This document shows, in pieces, positions 9,795 through 19,932 of a stretch of 64,000 nucleotides of DNA. Source of the DNA: Candidatus Iainarchaeum sp. (lineage in GTDB: Archaea > Iainarchaeota > Iainarchaeia > Iainarchaeales > JAAZKV01); the NCBI GenBank assembly GCA_026397015.1, contig JAPLVR010000006.1:156081-220080 (forward strand). Reading direction: 5' to 3'. The number at the start of each line of letters is the position of its first letter. The stretch's first letter is position 1. A program made the position numbers and the translations under genes. The notes under the pieces are model-generated. The model saw nothing but the letters and a program-made list of their open reading frames with translations. It did no database searches and had not been told where the DNA came from.

Positions 9795-10346
9795 TTAACC
9801 CCTCAATTGTTTGTTCAACTCAGCAACTCTCTTTTTGAGCGATTCAGCCCTTTCTTTTTCAACTATTTTTTTTCTTTTTGCCTGATCTAATTCACGCCGC
9901 TTTTCAATCTGCAATCTTCTTTCTCTTGGCTTGACAGAGGACAAATCGCGAAGGGTGGTAAGTGTATACATTGAAATTGGTTCGTATTCGAACCTATTGT
10001 TAACAACCCCTGTTACCCCAAGTTTTTGCAATTCACCAAGCCTAGCTTCAATTTTTTCATATGCCTTTAAACCATGCTCCCTAACCAAAGATGCCATGAG
10101 TGAAGTATCTGCTGGACTAATTGTGGCATGCCCTTCAAAAGCAATTATAGTCGGATTAAATACCCTGTTCAAATTTGCTTGATATTTTTTAAGCCTCTTA
10201 AGCCTTGATTTAACGGCGACAGGGGCAGAAACCTTTCTAATAAATCCCTTCACACCACTGCTTCTTTTTTCCATCTCTCTTATCGGCAAATAACCTTCCG
10301 AAATCTCCCGATTAACTTTCTTCCTAAAACTAAATCTTCTTACCAC
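9795..10346 (-). CDS. Basic hypothetical protein
   Basis: Likely GTG start (MVRRFSFRKK) after a GGGGTG SD; coiled-coil-like C-terminus. Confidence 0.55.
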   Translation of the reverse strand: MVRRFSFRKKVNREISEGYLPIREMEKRSSGVKGFIRKVSAPVAVKSRLKRLKKYQANLNRVFNPTIIAFEGHATISPADTSLMASLVREHGLKAYEKIEARLGELQKLGVTGVVNNRFEYEPISMYTLTTLRDLSSVKPRERRLQIEKRRELDQAKRKKIVEKERAESLKKRVAELNKQLRG

Positions 10347-10488
10347 AAAAACACCCCTTACCAGAAGATATTCGGCGCAAGAACAATATAAACTTTTCCA
10401 AATGCCCACACAATGAGAATTACTACATAACTTGTTTTTGTTTCATTTGTAGAATGATTTAATAAAAACAAACGAAAATATTTGTTTC

Positions 10489-11259
10489 ATGAAAAAAAGC
10501 TTTATCCAGCAGATAGACAAGTTAATACAGGAAAGCGACATACTGCTGGAAATACTTGACTCGCGGTTTCCTGACAAAACGAGAAACGAAAACCTTGAAA
10601 GAAAAATAATTCGAAAAGGGAAGAAACTGATTGTTGTTCTGAATAAGGCCGATTTGCGGAGCAAGGAAGAGCTTGAAAGCGTGAAAAAAGAAGTTACGGG
10701 GCAAGTAAAGGCAAGGGTTGTTTTCCTCTCAGCAAAGGAAAGGAAAGGAATAAATCTGTTAAAAAAAGAAATCGAAAATGCAAAAGGAAAAAATGGAAAA
10801 GCCATAATCGGCTTGATTGGTTATCCGAATTGCGGAAAAAGCACGCTCATAAATGCGCTCGCTGGAAGCGGAAGGGCACGGGTTGGAGTTTCAAGGAAAG
10901 CGGGTTTCACACGCGGACTGCAAAGAATAAAAATTGATGAGGGCGTTTATTTGATTGATGCACCCGGAATAATCCCAATTGATAAGAAAGACGAATTTGA
11001 TTTGTTCTTGGTAAGCGCAAGGAATCCGAACCAATTGAATGACATGGAAACAATTGCGGTAAAGTTGGTTCAATTTTTGGGAAAGGAAAAAATCGCCGCA
11101 AAATTTGAAATTAAGTTGAGTGAAATTAATGAGGCGGATGAAGAGGAAATCCTTGAGATGATTGCGATAAAAAAAGGGTGGCTCGCAAGCGGCGGAAAGG
11201 GAAACATTGAAAGGGCTTCGAGGGAACTTTTGGAAATATTTCAAAGAAATGAGATTTAA
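10489..11259 (+). CDS. Circularly permuted GTPase, YlqF/RbgA-like
   Basis: NKADL precedes GYPNCGKSTLIN, then GFTR and DAPG. Confidence 0.92.
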   Translation: MKKSFIQQIDKLIQESDILLEILDSRFPDKTRNENLERKIIRKGKKLIVVLNKADLRSKEELESVKKEVTGQVKARVVFLSAKERKGINLLKKEIENAKGKNGKAIIGLIGYPNCGKSTLINALAGSGRARVGVSRKAGFTRGLQRIKIDEGVYLIDAPGIIPIDKKDEFDLFLVSARNPNQLNDMETIAVKLVQFLGKEKIAAKFEIKLSEINEADEEEILEMIAIKKGWLASGGKGNIERASRELLEIFQRNEI

Positions 11260-11288
11260 ATATTTAAATAATAAGAATGCCAGCAGAA

Positions 11289-11405
11289 CTACAATTGCGA
11301 AATATTCTCAATTATTTTTTTCAACAAAACCTTTTTTTTAAGGGATTTTTCCTTTGAGAGGCGAAGCTTGAGTTCCTCCAAAATATCCTCATTTGACAAT
11401 TTCAT
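11289..11405 (-). CDS. Small hypothetical protein (38 aa)
   Basis: MKLSNEDILEELKLRLSKEKSLKKKVLLKKIIENISQL read by eye; below the ORF-track cutoff. Confidence 0.35.
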   Translation of the reverse strand: MKLSNEDILEELKLRLSKEKSLKKKVLLKKIIENISQL

Positions 11406-11500
11406 AAAAAATCAATTCCCTAAAAATCAAATCCTTACTAGAAAATTTCTGAAATGAATTGTTTTTAAAGCAACCTCAAAACAAAAAAATGCGCAAAAAA

Positions 11501-11917
11501 TTAACCCTTAGCAAGCTTGAGCTGCGACTGCGTTCCAAGGATTACGCCCAAATCAACTGAGTGAAGCTTCGCATCGTGCAAAGAAATCATAAAATTTTTT
11601 CCGGCTTTGTGAAAGGCATCCGCGCGGACAAAAAGCCAGCCGTGATTTGGAATCTTCCATGCAATAAAAAACTCTGCGCCCGCCGTTTCAGCCCAGCCGA
11701 CTTCTTCGGCCATATTTATGTGAGGGATTGCGAGGTGCTTTCCCTTCCATGCCTTGCATTCAAAGGCAATAATACGCCCTTTTTTTAGGGCGATAACATC
11801 CGGGCAGGGAAGCGGATTTACCCCTGAACCGGCTACGCGCGTAACGGCAAAACCAGCCCTGAAAAGCTCCTTAATGAGCTCCCTTTCCGCATTTGCACCC
11901 TTATTGTAGTGAGTCAT
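11501..11917 (-). CDS. hjc: Holliday junction resolvase Hjc
   Basis: KG..AEREL, GF.V.R.AGSG, PD.IA, ECK. Confidence 0.92.
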   Translation of the reverse strand: MTHYNKGANAERELIKELFRAGFAVTRVAGSGVNPLPCPDVIALKKGRIIAFECKAWKGKHLAIPHINMAEEVGWAETAGAEFFIAWKIPNHGWLFVRADAFHKAGKNFMISLHDAKLHSVDLGVILGTQSQLKLAKG

Positions 11918-11985
11918 TTTGCACCGCCAAAAATGGATAAATTTATATACACTTTATTGGGAAGGTCTTTTATACATAGGCAGAA

Positions 11986-12267
11986 TTGTTTGTGTTTGAA
12001 GTGGAAACAATAATAAGTTTGAGAGTTTCAGCGGGCAGAGGAAAATTCTCCATGCGCTGGAACGATGAAAAAAAAGTTTTGTTTATCGAAACTAAAGGAA
12101 AGGCTTTGAAAGGAAAAGCCAATATTGAAATTTTGAAAGAAACAAAAAAATTCTTCAAAACTGAAACGCAGATTGTTTCCGGCGAAAAAAGCAAAAATAA
12201 AAAATTGAAAATAACGGCTTCCAATGAAGAAGCCATGAACAGGCTTATCACAACTAATTCTGCATAA
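11986..12267 (+). CDS. DUF167/YggU-family protein
   Basis: GKAN.EI, IVSGEKS..K motif. Confidence 0.75.
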   Translation: MFVFEVETIISLRVSAGRGKFSMRWNDEKKVLFIETKGKALKGKANIEILKETKKFFKTETQIVSGEKSKNKKLKITASNEEAMNRLITTNSA

Positions 12268-12428
12268 GTAAAAAAATAAAGTGGAAAAATTGCGGCGCAA
12301 ATTTTTACAAAATAAAGGTGCTGCAAAATTTCAAAAATAAAAGTACAGTACAAAAATAAAAATCGAAGAAATTCGAAAATAAAAAAAGCATTTTAAAAAA
12401 TGCAAAAAAATAAAGGAGATGATTAGCT

Positions 12429-13862
12429 ATGGCTAAAACATATTTAGGAACTGTAAAATACGAAATACAGGCGAACTACGAAGTTAGCGGAGTGGTTGAA
12501 AAGCCTGACATTGTAGGGGCAATATTCGGACAGAGCGAAGGGCTGCTCGGAGAGGACATGGATCTCAAAGAACTGCAGCAGAACGGAAAAATAGGCCGAA
12601 TAGAAATAACCGTAAAAAAAGGAAAAGGCACAACACACGGGGAAATAATAATTCCGAGCTCGCTTGACAGGGTAAAGACAAGCATCCTTGCAGCGGCAAT
12701 GGAAACCGTTGAAAAGGTTGGGCCGTGCGAAGCGAAAGTAAAGGTCAACAAAATAGTCGACACGCGAAAAGAAAAAAGGGAGATTATAACGGATAGGGCA
12801 CAGCAACTCCTCAAACAAATGATGAAATTTGAGGGGGCTGAAAGCGGCGAGCTCGCGGAAACAATCAAGGCGGGAGTCAGAACCGAAAAAGTAATCAACG
12901 TTGATGGAATGGCTGCTGGGCCGGAAGTTGAGGAGAGCGACTCAATAATAGTGGTTGAGGGAAGAGCGGATGTTCTAAAACTTTTGAGTTACGGAATAAA
13001 AAACGCGGTTGAAATGAACGGAAGCAATATTTCAAAATCACTAATTGATTTGTGCAAATCAAAAACTGTGACTGTTCTTACCGACGGCGACCGTGGAGGA
13101 GAGCTTAACGCGAAAAAACTTTCACAGCTTACGAAAGTGGATTTCGTTGCAAGCGCACCCGACGGAAAAGAAGTCGAAGAACTAACCCAAAAAGAAATCC
13201 TTCAGGCGCTGAAAAAAAGGAGGCCCGCCGAGGAAATACTCGGAAAAGAATTCAGACCATACAGAGAAACAAGGGAGGGGAGTTATCAAAGGGAATACGA
13301 ACCAAGATACGGGGAAGAAAGGCGCTATGAAAGGCCGAGAAACCCTTACGGGCACAGAGGTTATGACGGCGGGCATGAAAGGCCTTATGGGAGAGCGCAC
13401 GAAAACAGAGGCTATGACAGACCCTTCCATTCAAGAGAAAGAGACAATTTTGGAAGAGGGGCCCCAAGGCACTTCGACCGCAGAGAAAGAAGGCCGCACT
13501 TCGGAGGAGACTTTAGAGGCGGATTCAGGGATCAGTTCTTTGAACCAAGGCCAATGCCCCAATATGAGGCGCCGCAGGAGATTCCCAAGGACATCCTCGC
13601 ACTCAAAAAAGACCTTAATTCGCTCAAAGGAAAACTGAAGGCAAGGCTTTTTGATGAAAAGAAAAAGAAAATCAAGGACGTTGCCGTAAAAGAAATGCTC
13701 GAGGCCCTGAAAAAGACGAAGAAAAAAGTCGACACAATAGTTTTCGACGGAATAATAACTTCGAGAGTAATAGAAGCAGCCGAAGAAAAAGGCGTGAAAA
13801 ATATTGTCGGAGTCAGGAAAGCAAACGTGCATTCAAAAACAATAAAGATGTACACGCTGTAA
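12429..13862 (+). CDS. dnaG: Archaeal DnaG
   Basis: GVVEKPDIVGAIFGQ, TOPRIM VVEGRADV, DGDRGGE; RG/Y-rich insert. Confidence 0.95.
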   Translation: MAKTYLGTVKYEIQANYEVSGVVEKPDIVGAIFGQSEGLLGEDMDLKELQQNGKIGRIEITVKKGKGTTHGEIIIPSSLDRVKTSILAAAMETVEKVGPCEAKVKVNKIVDTRKEKREIITDRAQQLLKQMMKFEGAESGELAETIKAGVRTEKVINVDGMAAGPEVEESDSIIVVEGRADVLKLLSYGIKNAVEMNGSNISKSLIDLCKSKTVTVLTDGDRGGELNAKKLSQLTKVDFVASAPDGKEVEELTQKEILQALKKRRPAEEILGKEFRPYRETREGSYQREYEPRYGEERRYERPRNPYGHRGYDGGHERPYGRAHENRGYDRPFHSRERDNFGRGAPRHFDRRERRPHFGGDFRGGFRDQFFEPRPMPQYEAPQEIPKDILALKKDLNSLKGKLKARLFDEKKKKIKDVAVKEMLEALKKTKKKVDTIVFDGIITSRVIEAAEEKGVKNIVGVRKANVHSKTIKMYTL

Positions 13863-13944
13863 AACAGCTACACGGAAAAAGAGCAAAAAAATTAAAAGCC
13901 GAAAACGGAAAAGGAAAGCGATTGCTTTCCTTTTCAAAAAAGAT

Positions 13945-14412
13945 TTACCTCTTTCTTCTTCTGGCGAATCCTGATTCTACCGTTAATTCTTCAATCGGAA
14001 TCACTATTGAAGGATTTGCCCACGCAAACAGCCCTAACAACAGAACTATCGCCCAAACAAAGAACTGGCTAATCGGCCCTATTAATGCCGTCCAGAATTG
14101 CCTCTGCGTCAGCCCGGAATGGTCGCTCAAAACCTGCGCACCACTAAGCTGATACAATGTGTTCCTGCAATCCTGATACCTCAGCTCGGCTGAAATGTAA
14201 TCCGGATTGTTTTCCATCGGCAAATCCCTTACCCCTGAGGTTTCAACGCACGTGCTGAATCCCTTGAGGGCGTTCCAAGAGTCAAACATCACCGCACCCG
14301 ATTTTATGAGCATCAAAACTGATAGCACAATCAGGAAGGCGCCTATGAGCCTTGGCAGCTGGGCATTCTTAGAACCTATTCTCAAAAAAACCATCTGCCT
14401 CAAAACGATCAC
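13945..14412 (-). CDS. Membrane protein, 2 TM with Cys-containing loop
   Basis: Two hydrophobic helices around a C...C loop. Confidence 0.65.
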   Translation of the reverse strand: MIVLRQMVFLRIGSKNAQLPRLIGAFLIVLSVLMLIKSGAVMFDSWNALKGFSTCVETSGVRDLPMENNPDYISAELRYQDCRNTLYQLSGAQVLSDHSGLTQRQFWTALIGPISQFFVWAIVLLLGLFAWANPSIVIPIEELTVESGFARRRKR

Positions 14413-14544
14413 CTGATTCTAATAAGAAAACCTACTATTTAAATGTTCGTTTCGCCAAAAAATTCCTTGAAATAAGGGTTTCCCATCTGAAGGTTTAAAA
14501 AAACAGCGCAACAGTTTTTATTTTATAAAGCAAATTAATAGCCA

Positions 14545-14618
14545 ATGCCGAGCAAAGCGAGGCATACTTTGTCGAGCGCAGCGAAGACAATGCTCAAGTG
14601 CCAGCTGATTGAGCAGCT
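14545..14618. repeat. Multi-hairpin element in the tRNA-Val leader
   Basis: tgccgagcaaagcgaggca, ttgtcgagcgcagcgaagacaa, ccagctg-cagctgg. Confidence 0.55.
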
Positions 14619-14690
14619 GGGCCGGTGGTCTAGCGGTATGACATCACCCTTACAAGGTGAGAGTCGACGGTTCGAATCCGTCTCGGCCCA
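14619..14690 (+). tRNA. tRNA-Val(TAC)
   Basis: Cloverleaf; anticodon arm TCACC-CTTACAA-GGTGA; T-loop TTCGAAT. Confidence 0.95.
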
Positions 14691-14739
14691 TTTTTCATAA
14701 TAAGCATTTTAACTATTTTTTGAAACGCGGCGAAAAAAA

Positions 14740-15420
14740 ATGAAAAAACTCGTTTATGTGATGCCTCACAAATCCGGCATTTTGTATCTTAACTTCGGGG
14801 CGGAATGCCTGAATAATTGCAGGTTCTGCATAAAGAGGTTCGAAAATTTTTACGGAAATGCTCTGGAAACGAATTATTCTCCAAAATTGATAATTGAAAT
14901 AAAAGAGGAATTAAAAAAAATTAAAATTGCCAATAAAAAAACCAAAGAAATCGTTTTTTGCGGAATCGGCGAACCTTTTCTGCACTATGAAACCTTAATA
15001 GAAATTGCGAAATTTTGCAGAAAATTGTTTGGCGAAGGGATCCAAATAAGGGCAGACACCGCGGGCCTTTGGTGGGGCGCAAACAAAAACCTTTCATTTC
15101 TCGATTACATAACAGGATTGAGCGTCAGCCTGAATGCCGAATCGGAAGAAAAATACGAACAAATGTGCCAGCCGAAAATTCAAAACGCTTACGGCATTCT
15201 GATGGATTTCCTAACGACATTGTCAAAAGAAAAAAAGAAAAGAAAAAAGTTTCCGAAAATAAGGCTGACAATAGTTGATACCTCGGACAAAAAATCAATG
15301 CCTGAAAGAAAAAAAGGCGACCGAGCAGGGGATTGCCCTGTTCCAAATTTTGAAAAGTGCGAAAAAATTGCCGAAAACCTCGGATTTCCACTGGAAGTAA
15401 GAAAATTATTTAAAAAATAG
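14740..15420 (+). CDS. Radical SAM protein (TatD-associated-like)
   Basis: CxxxCxFC, EIVFCG.GEP, SVSLNA. Confidence 0.85.
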   Translation: MKKLVYVMPHKSGILYLNFGAECLNNCRFCIKRFENFYGNALETNYSPKLIIEIKEELKKIKIANKKTKEIVFCGIGEPFLHYETLIEIAKFCRKLFGEGIQIRADTAGLWWGANKNLSFLDYITGLSVSLNAESEEKYEQMCQPKIQNAYGILMDFLTTLSKEKKKRKKFPKIRLTIVDTSDKKSMPERKKGDRAGDCPVPNFEKCEKIAENLGFPLEVRKLFKK

Positions 15421-15508
15421 CAAAGAAATTATTTAAAAAATCCGATTAAGAGCGAAATCTAATCGAAGCGCTTTTATATATCTTTAATATAATCTATGTG
15501 TCTTTGCC

Positions 15509-17302
15509 ATGAAACTTTGCACAAACAATACAGCCGGGAAACTGATTGCACTGCTTTTATTTATTGTACTCGCGGCGCCGGTTTTTGCGGCGGATACCGC
15601 GAGCAATTTCTACCCAACCACCATCGGAAATCTTACCGCAAATGTAAGGGTATATGGCTGGGGAATGGTAAGCGGTTTGAAAGACGGGCAGGAAACCACA
15701 GTGCAGGTGCTTACTTTCCAAGAATCGCCGCTGCAAAGCATGGAATTAATCAGGGAAGCACTTTACATAAACGGAAAAGTCATTCTGCCAAAAAGAATAA
15801 CCGACGAATTCGGGAACAACTACGCAAAATTCACAATAACTGAAAATGGGGATTTTAATTATGAACTGATTGCAAAAATAAATGTATCATCATTGATTTA
15901 CAAATTGGAGGACTTTAATTTAAGCGACGCCCCTCAAATCCCGGAAAATGAAAAAATTTACATAGCACCAAGCCAAAAAATTGAGAGCGATTCGAGCGAG
16001 ATAAAAACGCTCGTAAAAAACAAGCTGCTTGAAAAAGGATTCATTGAAACACTGAACAAAACGGTTTCATGGGTGAATGATTATGTGCAGTACGCCGAGG
16101 GAAAAGACTTTCAGGAGTATTACGTTCTGCAAAAATCCGCAATTGAAACCCTGCGCAACAAAAAAGGAGTCTGCGATGAATTCGCAAACCTGGGCGCGGC
16201 AATGCTGAGGGCAAAAGGAATTCCCACGAAAATAATAATAGGCATAACTTTCGACGGAAAAGAATGGGGAAACCACGCGTGGATAGAGGTAAAAAATAAC
16301 AAGGACGAATGGATACCATCGGATCCGACTTTCAGGGAAGCGGGTTTTGTGGATGCAACGCATATAAAGATGGGTTCATACAGCGACGTTACCCTTTCGC
16401 TTGCAAAGGCATTTTACCCGGCGAATTCAAACATTTTCTTCTACACCCAAACAATCCCGGAAGTGCGAATCCTTGACAAAAAATATTTTGACGCAGTCAA
16501 TGTTGAAATAGAAAATGCAGAACTAAAAGAAAAAAGATGGAACAACATTAAAGTAAGGGTAACAAATAAGACAAACGGCGAAATTATTGCACCTGTTTCC
16601 ATGCCGGAAAAGTTTTCAAGCCTTTATGTCAGGGAAACCAGCAAAGTCGTTTTTCTTAATCCGAATGAAACAAAAGAAGTTGATTTTCTGATATACCCTG
16701 ACATAATCTTAAACAATCAAGTTGCAACAGCAAAACTGAGAATAAACAGCCTCTCAGAACCAATTGAAAAGGACTTTACAATTGTTTCATCACTCCCGTT
16801 GGAAAACGGCGAAGTAAAAGTAAATGATTTAACGCCGATAATTTCCGGAAATGATTTGAAAGTTAATATTGAGATTGCCAATTATTTTACAAAATACTCT
16901 TATGTGAATGTAACTATTTACGATGGCGATTCAAACCTTTCCTCGAAAGAAAGCGTTCTGCCATTCATTTTATCCGACAACAATAGGACGCCCGCCGTTC
17001 AAAACATAATAAAGGAAATAAAATCATTCAAAGAACAAGCATACAGCATAAAAGTTGAAACGCCAACTGAAATATACCTTCAATCGGTTTATCCGGTGAA
17101 AACAAACAGCGTTTCTCCAAACGAAAAAGACAAAAATGAGAGCGGAGGCGAAAACGCGATAATCCAGCACATAACGCCGCAAAAGGAAGAAACACTCATT
17201 GAATACCTTACAGGACACCCTGCGATTCCCCTGGGAATAATTCTGTTCGGAATACTTTCCGCGCTGCTAATAGTAGTTGGAAGAAACAAAAGATACATAT
17301 AG
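15509..17302 (+). CDS. Surface-anchored transglutaminase-like protein
   Basis: Signal peptide, GVCDEFA / NHAWIE / DPT triad, C-terminal TM. Confidence 0.85.
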   Translation: MKLCTNNTAGKLIALLLFIVLAAPVFAADTASNFYPTTIGNLTANVRVYGWGMVSGLKDGQETTVQVLTFQESPLQSMELIREALYINGKVILPKRITDEFGNNYAKFTITENGDFNYELIAKINVSSLIYKLEDFNLSDAPQIPENEKIYIAPSQKIESDSSEIKTLVKNKLLEKGFIETLNKTVSWVNDYVQYAEGKDFQEYYVLQKSAIETLRNKKGVCDEFANLGAAMLRAKGIPTKIIIGITFDGKEWGNHAWIEVKNNKDEWIPSDPTFREAGFVDATHIKMGSYSDVTLSLAKAFYPANSNIFFYTQTIPEVRILDKKYFDAVNVEIENAELKEKRWNNIKVRVTNKTNGEIIAPVSMPEKFSSLYVRETSKVVFLNPNETKEVDFLIYPDIILNNQVATAKLRINSLSEPIEKDFTIVSSLPLENGEVKVNDLTPIISGNDLKVNIEIANYFTKYSYVNVTIYDGDSNLSSKESVLPFILSDNNRTPAVQNIIKEIKSFKEQAYSIKVETPTEIYLQSVYPVKTNSVSPNEKDKNESGGENAIIQHITPQKEETLIEYLTGHPAIPLGIILFGILSALLIVVGRNKRYI

Positions 17303-17336
17303 CCTTTTAAACAATAACAACAAAAATTATTTTTAT

Positions 17337-17513
17337 GCGACCGTAGTCTAACGGTTATGATTCAACCTTGCCAACGGCCTTTTTAGAAAAAAGGCCGGCG
17401 AAAAAAACTGGCGAAAATGCTTCGCACCAGCAGTCTTTATGAAAAAGATCAACAAAAAAATTAGAAAAAAGAGCAACCAGGTTGAGGCCCGGGTCCAATT
17501 CCCGGCGGTCGCA
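17337..17513 (+). tRNA. tRNA-Gly(GCC) with 105-nt intron at 37/38 (17374-17478)
   Basis: Acceptor GCGACCG/CGGTCGC; CAACC-TTGCCA|intron|A-GGTTG; TTGC/GCAA splice helix. Confidence 0.88.
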
Positions 17514-17697
17514 TTACTCAAAAAAATTGGTGGTTAAATGCAGAAAAAATTTGTCAAAATCTGCTCGAAGTGCAGAAGCGAAAACATAAAGCAAAGACTT
17601 CCGCAAATCACGAATTCTTGGATATGCAACAACTGCGGAAACACAAATTTTAGCCCAATTGAAATAAAGAAAGGAAAATAAGTGAAAAAGTGATTGA

Positions 17698-18354
17698 ATG
17701 AGAACAAAAATAGCATTAATTTTCGGGCTTGTCCTGCTTTCATTCGCCATCGCAATTTATTCATACCAATTCATGCCGGACCAAATGGCTTCCCACTGGG
17801 GAATAAGCGGCGAGGCGAACGGCTATTCGGACAAAATGTTCGCGACATTTTCAATCCCTGTGCTTATCGCTGTTTTTACGGCGATTTTTTTGCTTCTGCC
17901 AAAAATCGACCCCATGAAGGAGAACATAAAAAAATTCTATTCTTATTATGAAAAATTTGTAATTGTTTTTATCGGGTTCATGCTTTTTTTGCAAATAATG
18001 ATGCTGCTGTGGAATGCCGGCATGAAAATAAGCTTTAATTTAATCCTTCCGATTGCGATGGGCGCGCTATTTTACTTTTTGGGAATTCTGCTCGAAAAGG
18101 CGAAAAGAAACTGGACTATAGGGATAAGGACTCCGTGGACGATGAGCAGCGAAAAAGTTTGGAACAAGACGCACAAGCTGGCGGGAAAGGTGTTTCGCGC
18201 AGCCGGAATAATTTCCATAATCGGAGTGCTAATTCCGGTATATTCATTCCTTTTCGTAATATTTCCCGTAATGCTGGCTGCGACATATCTGATAATTTAT
18301 TCATGTTTGGAATACAAGAAGGAACCGAAAGGGAAACGCAGAACTAAACGATAG
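17698..18354 (+). CDS. SdpI/DUF1648-family membrane protein
   Basis: HWG..G..NG, DP..EN, N..IGIRTPWT.....VW.KTH. Confidence 0.9.
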   Translation: MRTKIALIFGLVLLSFAIAIYSYQFMPDQMASHWGISGEANGYSDKMFATFSIPVLIAVFTAIFLLLPKIDPMKENIKKFYSYYEKFVIVFIGFMLFLQIMMLLWNAGMKISFNLILPIAMGALFYFLGILLEKAKRNWTIGIRTPWTMSSEKVWNKTHKLAGKVFRAAGIISIIGVLIPVYSFLFVIFPVMLAATYLIIYSCLEYKKEPKGKRRTKR

Positions 18355-18883
18355 ATATCTGAATTTTTTTGTTTACATCAAAAGATCCCGGAACGTCCAA
18401 GGAAGCTGCGAGTTCCCACCTTATCGGACCGGGAGACTGGGAAAATGGCTGAAGGGCTTTCAAAACATTTATGACGCCGTTTTGTGGCACATTTCCCTGA
18501 TTAAGCGCGGGAGCGCTAATTTCAAACGAATACTCTGAAAAACCCGAATATTCCTTTTCTCCGTCAAGAACAGCCTTGAACTCATAAACAACAACATCCT
18601 TGATATCGTATTCCATTGAATACCTTCCCTGATTTCTGGAGGACTGTGAATTTATTCCAAAATCACGAGGCCCCATCGGGTCGAGTCCACTGCCGGCTCT
18701 TCTGTCTGTAACGGTCCTGACGACCTGCTGTTTTTGCGTTCCAGAAAGGGCCACTCTCAACTCGCGGGCCTTTTTCGGGGAATTCAATGTCAACAAAAGC
18801 TTTCCCGTTATCAATTCGCCGGAAGAATAATTCTGCTTCGGAAGTTGAATTTCAATTTTTCCTTCGCCAAACCCAAAAACCAT
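18344..18883 (-). CDS. Arrestin-N/SpoOM-like beta-sandwich protein
   Basis: IEIQL....Y..GE.ITG.L.L.L..P.KAR.LRV, Y.F.I..P, I.W.L.A.LD.P; start at MVFGFG. Confidence 0.55.
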   Translation of the reverse strand: MVFGFGEGKIEIQLPKQNYSSGELITGKLLLTLNSPKKARELRVALSGTQKQQVVRTVTDRRAGSGLDPMGPRDFGINSQSSRNQGRYSMEYDIKDVVVYEFKAVLDGEKEYSGFSEYSFEISAPALNQGNVPQNGVINVLKALQPFSQSPGPIRWELAASLDVPGSFDVNKKIQISIV

Positions 18884-18911
18884 CAAATTCCCCCTAAAAA
18901 AATAAATTTTG

Positions 18912-19874
18912 TTACCTGCTTCTTTTTTTTCCAAAATTTTTTGCCTTTCCAGCTTTTTTCCTAACGCGCCCGCGCCCAAGTTTTTTCGGGTAAAGGACCC
19001 TCCATGCAAGGATCCTCTTTATCCTAGTTGAAGAATCGTGATGCTTTACAACCTGCAAATAAATTTTTGAGATTGCAAACCAGTAGCCCACAATGAAAAC
19101 AGAAACGCCGAAAGCGGCTCCAATGTGCCTCGCCAACTCAAGGTCAGCACTAAGCGAAGAACCCAAAATCGCGTGAAGCCCGAAAAAAAGCAAAATTATA
19201 TTTGCAACGGCGCCCGCGAAAAATGAAGTGATCGCGCAAAGCACGAATAAGAACAGCAGCACGAACACGAGCGCAATAAAAATTTCTTTTTCCCTTTGAT
19301 GGGTGAGGCGCCACGACTCGAGAATTGCATCTTTAATTTTTATCCCTTTATTAATCAAAATAAGCGTCGGAAAAAGCAGCCTAATGGAACTATACAAGAC
19401 GCACAAAAAGTAAATAATTGAAAGGAAAATAAGAGAATACGCGAGAAGCTCCGACCGCACAACTGAGGCGGCGTAATTCGTAAGCAAAATCCCCATTAGG
19501 GAAAGAAGCTGAATAACCCTGTATCGCTTTTCAAGATTCCAAACAAGAAGATACCAAAGCTCTAAAATTTGAAGAAAAAAAACATCAACGATTTTGAAAA
19601 CCGAAATTTTTATTGATTGAAAGCCGGAGTTTTTAAGCGAAACCCTGATTAGGCAAACCATTCCCGCAAAGACAAGTGCCTGTGCAACGTAATAAATGTC
19701 GCTGAAAATCGCTTCGGCTTCATAAGAGAAATAAAACTGCCCCCAAAAAATTTCGACCATTCTTTCAAGGACGAAAATAAGCAGGAACATTATGAAAAAG
19801 AAAAGCAGGTACATTTTCGCTTTTCCATGGAGAACCCACTTGTATGTGGATTCAATAACCGCCTCGTAATCCAT
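18912..19874 (-). CDS. Multi-pass membrane protein
   Basis: About 7 TM helices; DA..ESW.LT motif; basic tail. Confidence 0.75.
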   Translation of the reverse strand: MDYEAVIESTYKWVLHGKAKMYLLFFFIMFLLIFVLERMVEIFWGQFYFSYEAEAIFSDIYYVAQALVFAGMVCLIRVSLKNSGFQSIKISVFKIVDVFFLQILELWYLLVWNLEKRYRVIQLLSLMGILLTNYAASVVRSELLAYSLIFLSIIYFLCVLYSSIRLLFPTLILINKGIKIKDAILESWRLTHQREKEIFIALVFVLLFLFVLCAITSFFAGAVANIILLFFGLHAILGSSLSADLELARHIGAAFGVSVFIVGYWFAISKIYLQVVKHHDSSTRIKRILAWRVLYPKKLGRGRVRKKAGKAKNFGKKRSR

Positions 19875-19932
19875 GCTTAAATAACACTTTTCTTATTATT
19901 AAGAATTACCTTAAACCAAAATTGCAAAAAAT

